Below are positions 58,202-59,460 of a stretch of 59,460 nucleotides of DNA, piece by piece. The DNA is from a virus (taxonomy: Duplodnaviria > Caudoviricetes): the IMG/VR virus record IMGVR_UViG_3300033148_005420, positions 1 to 59,460 of that record; one strand, written 5' to 3'. The translations under genes were made by a program, and so were the position numbers. The notes below the pieces were generated by a model. That model had not been told where the DNA came from and ran no database searches. It was given only the letters and a program-made list of their open reading frames with translations. Position 1 is the first letter of the stretch. The number at the start of each line of letters is the position of its first letter.

Positions 58202-58900
58202 TCATTTGGTATCCTCGATCCTCAGCGCCGCTCCGTACCGCAACAGGTCATCCTTAACAGAGGTGTAAATATCTTTATAATTCCGACCAAGATCCATGTA
58301 CTTTTTCAAACTTACCCTGGCCTCACGCTCAACCAGAGTAAGTTCTGCGAGCTGGTAAAGGTTGAGGCTATCTCTCAGCTTTGGCTTCTTTGCAGCTATC
58401 AGGTCAAGGGCCTTATATGCAGCGTTAGTAATATGCTTATAGTAAAACTTTGCTGACTTGCTACCCTGCGCTGTGGCGTAATCAACAAATTCCTTTATCA
58501 CGTCGGTTTCTTCCCTTCTGGCGACCTTGCTTTGTTCCCTTTGCCCAATCCACTGTTGATCCTTTTCGTTTGTGGCCGTCAACAGGAGGCGCTGCTCCAT
58601 GGCGTTGAATGCTGCTATGAATCTCAACTGCCATTCGAAGGCTTTTTTTCCCCTGAATCTCATGACCAGTAGGGAGAAAAAATCTCGATCCATAAGATAC
58701 GAGGTGTACTCTTGCCCTTTATATTCCCGATCCTGCGCAAAGCTTTTAGGGGTACACATGTGTACCTCTTGAATATCGCTCAAGTCGCTTTGGATGTCGT
58801 TTATCAGCTTAACCACACGACTTGCCTTATATCCAAATTTCTTGGCAACTACGTGACTATCGCAAAAAACTTTCTGATCATTATATTCGACCAATTCCAC
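58202..58900 (-). CDS. rha: Rha-family regulatory protein
   Basis: CDSHVVAKKFG...YLMDRDFFSLLVMRFRGKKAFEWQLRFIAAFNAME; AGGAG RBS. Confidence 0.9.
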   Translation of the reverse strand: MELVEYNDQKVFCDSHVVAKKFGYKASRVVKLINDIQSDLSDIQEVHMCTPKSFAQDREYKGQEYTSYLMDRDFFSLLVMRFRGKKAFEWQLRFIAAFNAMEQRLLLTATNEKDQQWIGQREQSKVARREETDVIKEFVDYATAQGSKSAKFYYKHITNAAYKALDLIAAKKPKLRDSLNLYQLAELTLVEREARVSLKKYMDLGRNYKDIYTSVKDDLLRYGAALRIEDTK

Positions 58901-58937
58901 ATCGTCTCCTTTTAGAGGTATTGTTTATATGTCTTAA

Positions 58938-58966
58938 ACTATACCTCTAAACGCTCTCGGTGTCAA
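58938..58966 (-). promoter_or_regulatory. Near-consensus sigma70 promoter for rha
   Basis: TTGACA-17-TATAGT. Confidence 0.75.
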
Positions 58967-59013
58967 TGTTTTGACTGCTTAGGCCCCCTATCCAGCAACT
59001 CACATAACCCAAC

Positions 59014-59274
59014 CTAATCTGGTATCACGAGGGGACGCTTTGTGGTTTCCTTGGGATCTTGACACTCGGCTTCTCCCTGCCGCTGCCGATCCCTGGGTAA
59101 GTACATATTACCCTCAAAAGTGTTACCCTTTCCGGGAGTTAAAGGCTCTAGGCAACCAGAGCAATAATACAAACGAAAAAGAAGCCTATCTACCCAACCC
59201 GTCCTTTTATAGAATACGCAACTCTTGCATCTTGCCTTAGTGATTTTCGGTGTTTCCGTGTCAGTATCTTTCAT
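59014..59274 (-). CDS. Small Cys-containing hypothetical protein
   Basis: GGAG RBS before MKDTDT; CKSC and CSGC motifs. Confidence 0.5.
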   Translation of the reverse strand: MKDTDTETPKITKARCKSCVFYKRTGWVDRLLFRLYYCSGCLEPLTPGKGNTFEGNMYLPRDRQRQGEAECQDPKETTKRPLVIPD

Positions 59275-59346
59275 AATCTCAACTCCCGTTGAGTTCTCCG
59301 TAATAAAAAGTACAGCAGGCGGTGGAGAGCCAACCCCATCACAACT

Positions 59347-59460
59347 CCAAGCAATCCGCAGCAAGAATACTTGTCACAAAATACCGGACAGGGAAATGTA
59401 ATGGTGGGGGCTCAATTTCAGGATCGTCCGAAGAAACTGATTCAGTAGCGCAGGCGTTCC
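59347..59460. repeat. Terminal direct repeat, copy 2
   Basis: Identical to bases 1-114. Confidence 0.97.

Noticed and set aside
1-59460. Genome-wide stop-codon reassignment (TGA or TAG recoded)
   Set aside because: Core genes are intact under code 11, and many end in TGA overlapping the next ATG (e.g. 775, 9116, 21406, 21627). Only the 40355 UGA looks special.
59347-59460. 114-bp terminal repeat as a biological DTR
   Set aside because: It falls inside a coding sequence and is best explained as assembler overlap of a circular or permuted genome; virion termini cannot be read from it.

Overview
The window appears to be a complete, circularly closed genome (about 59.35 kb) of a tailed dsDNA phage. 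Bases 1-114 repeat at 59347-59460, and a 261-codon ORF reads cleanly across the join. The virion gene set is podovirus-like: TerS, TerL, portal, scaffold, major capsid, adaptor/nozzle candidates, a tail fibre and a 2186-aa polyvalent/ejection-type protein, with no tape measure or sheath seen. Early genes are of temperate-phage type: a lambda-O-like initiator with internal 11-bp iterons, DnaB, YqaJ/RecT, VRR-NUC, AntA and Rha. I could not recognise an integrase or an endolysin. The IHF and DnaB sequences suggest a Desulfobacterota (deltaproteobacterial) host, which is an inference. The strongest novel signal is a gene at 39890-40972 (-). It encodes a Cys-Cys-Cys/His-rich protein whose frame is interrupted by a single UGA, followed 13 nt later by a hairpin that fits bacterial SECIS geometry. 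This is a candidate phage selenoprotein or readthrough product, and it sits just upstream of a ferritin that has lost its ferroxidase ligands. Other notable items are both IHF subunits, a C5 methyltransferase split over two overlapping frames (M.EcoHK31I-like), a c4-like antisense switch before the antirepressor, a three-module candidate anti-defence protein, and accessory genes bracketed by duplicated junction sequences. All family assignments are by eye; no searches were run.
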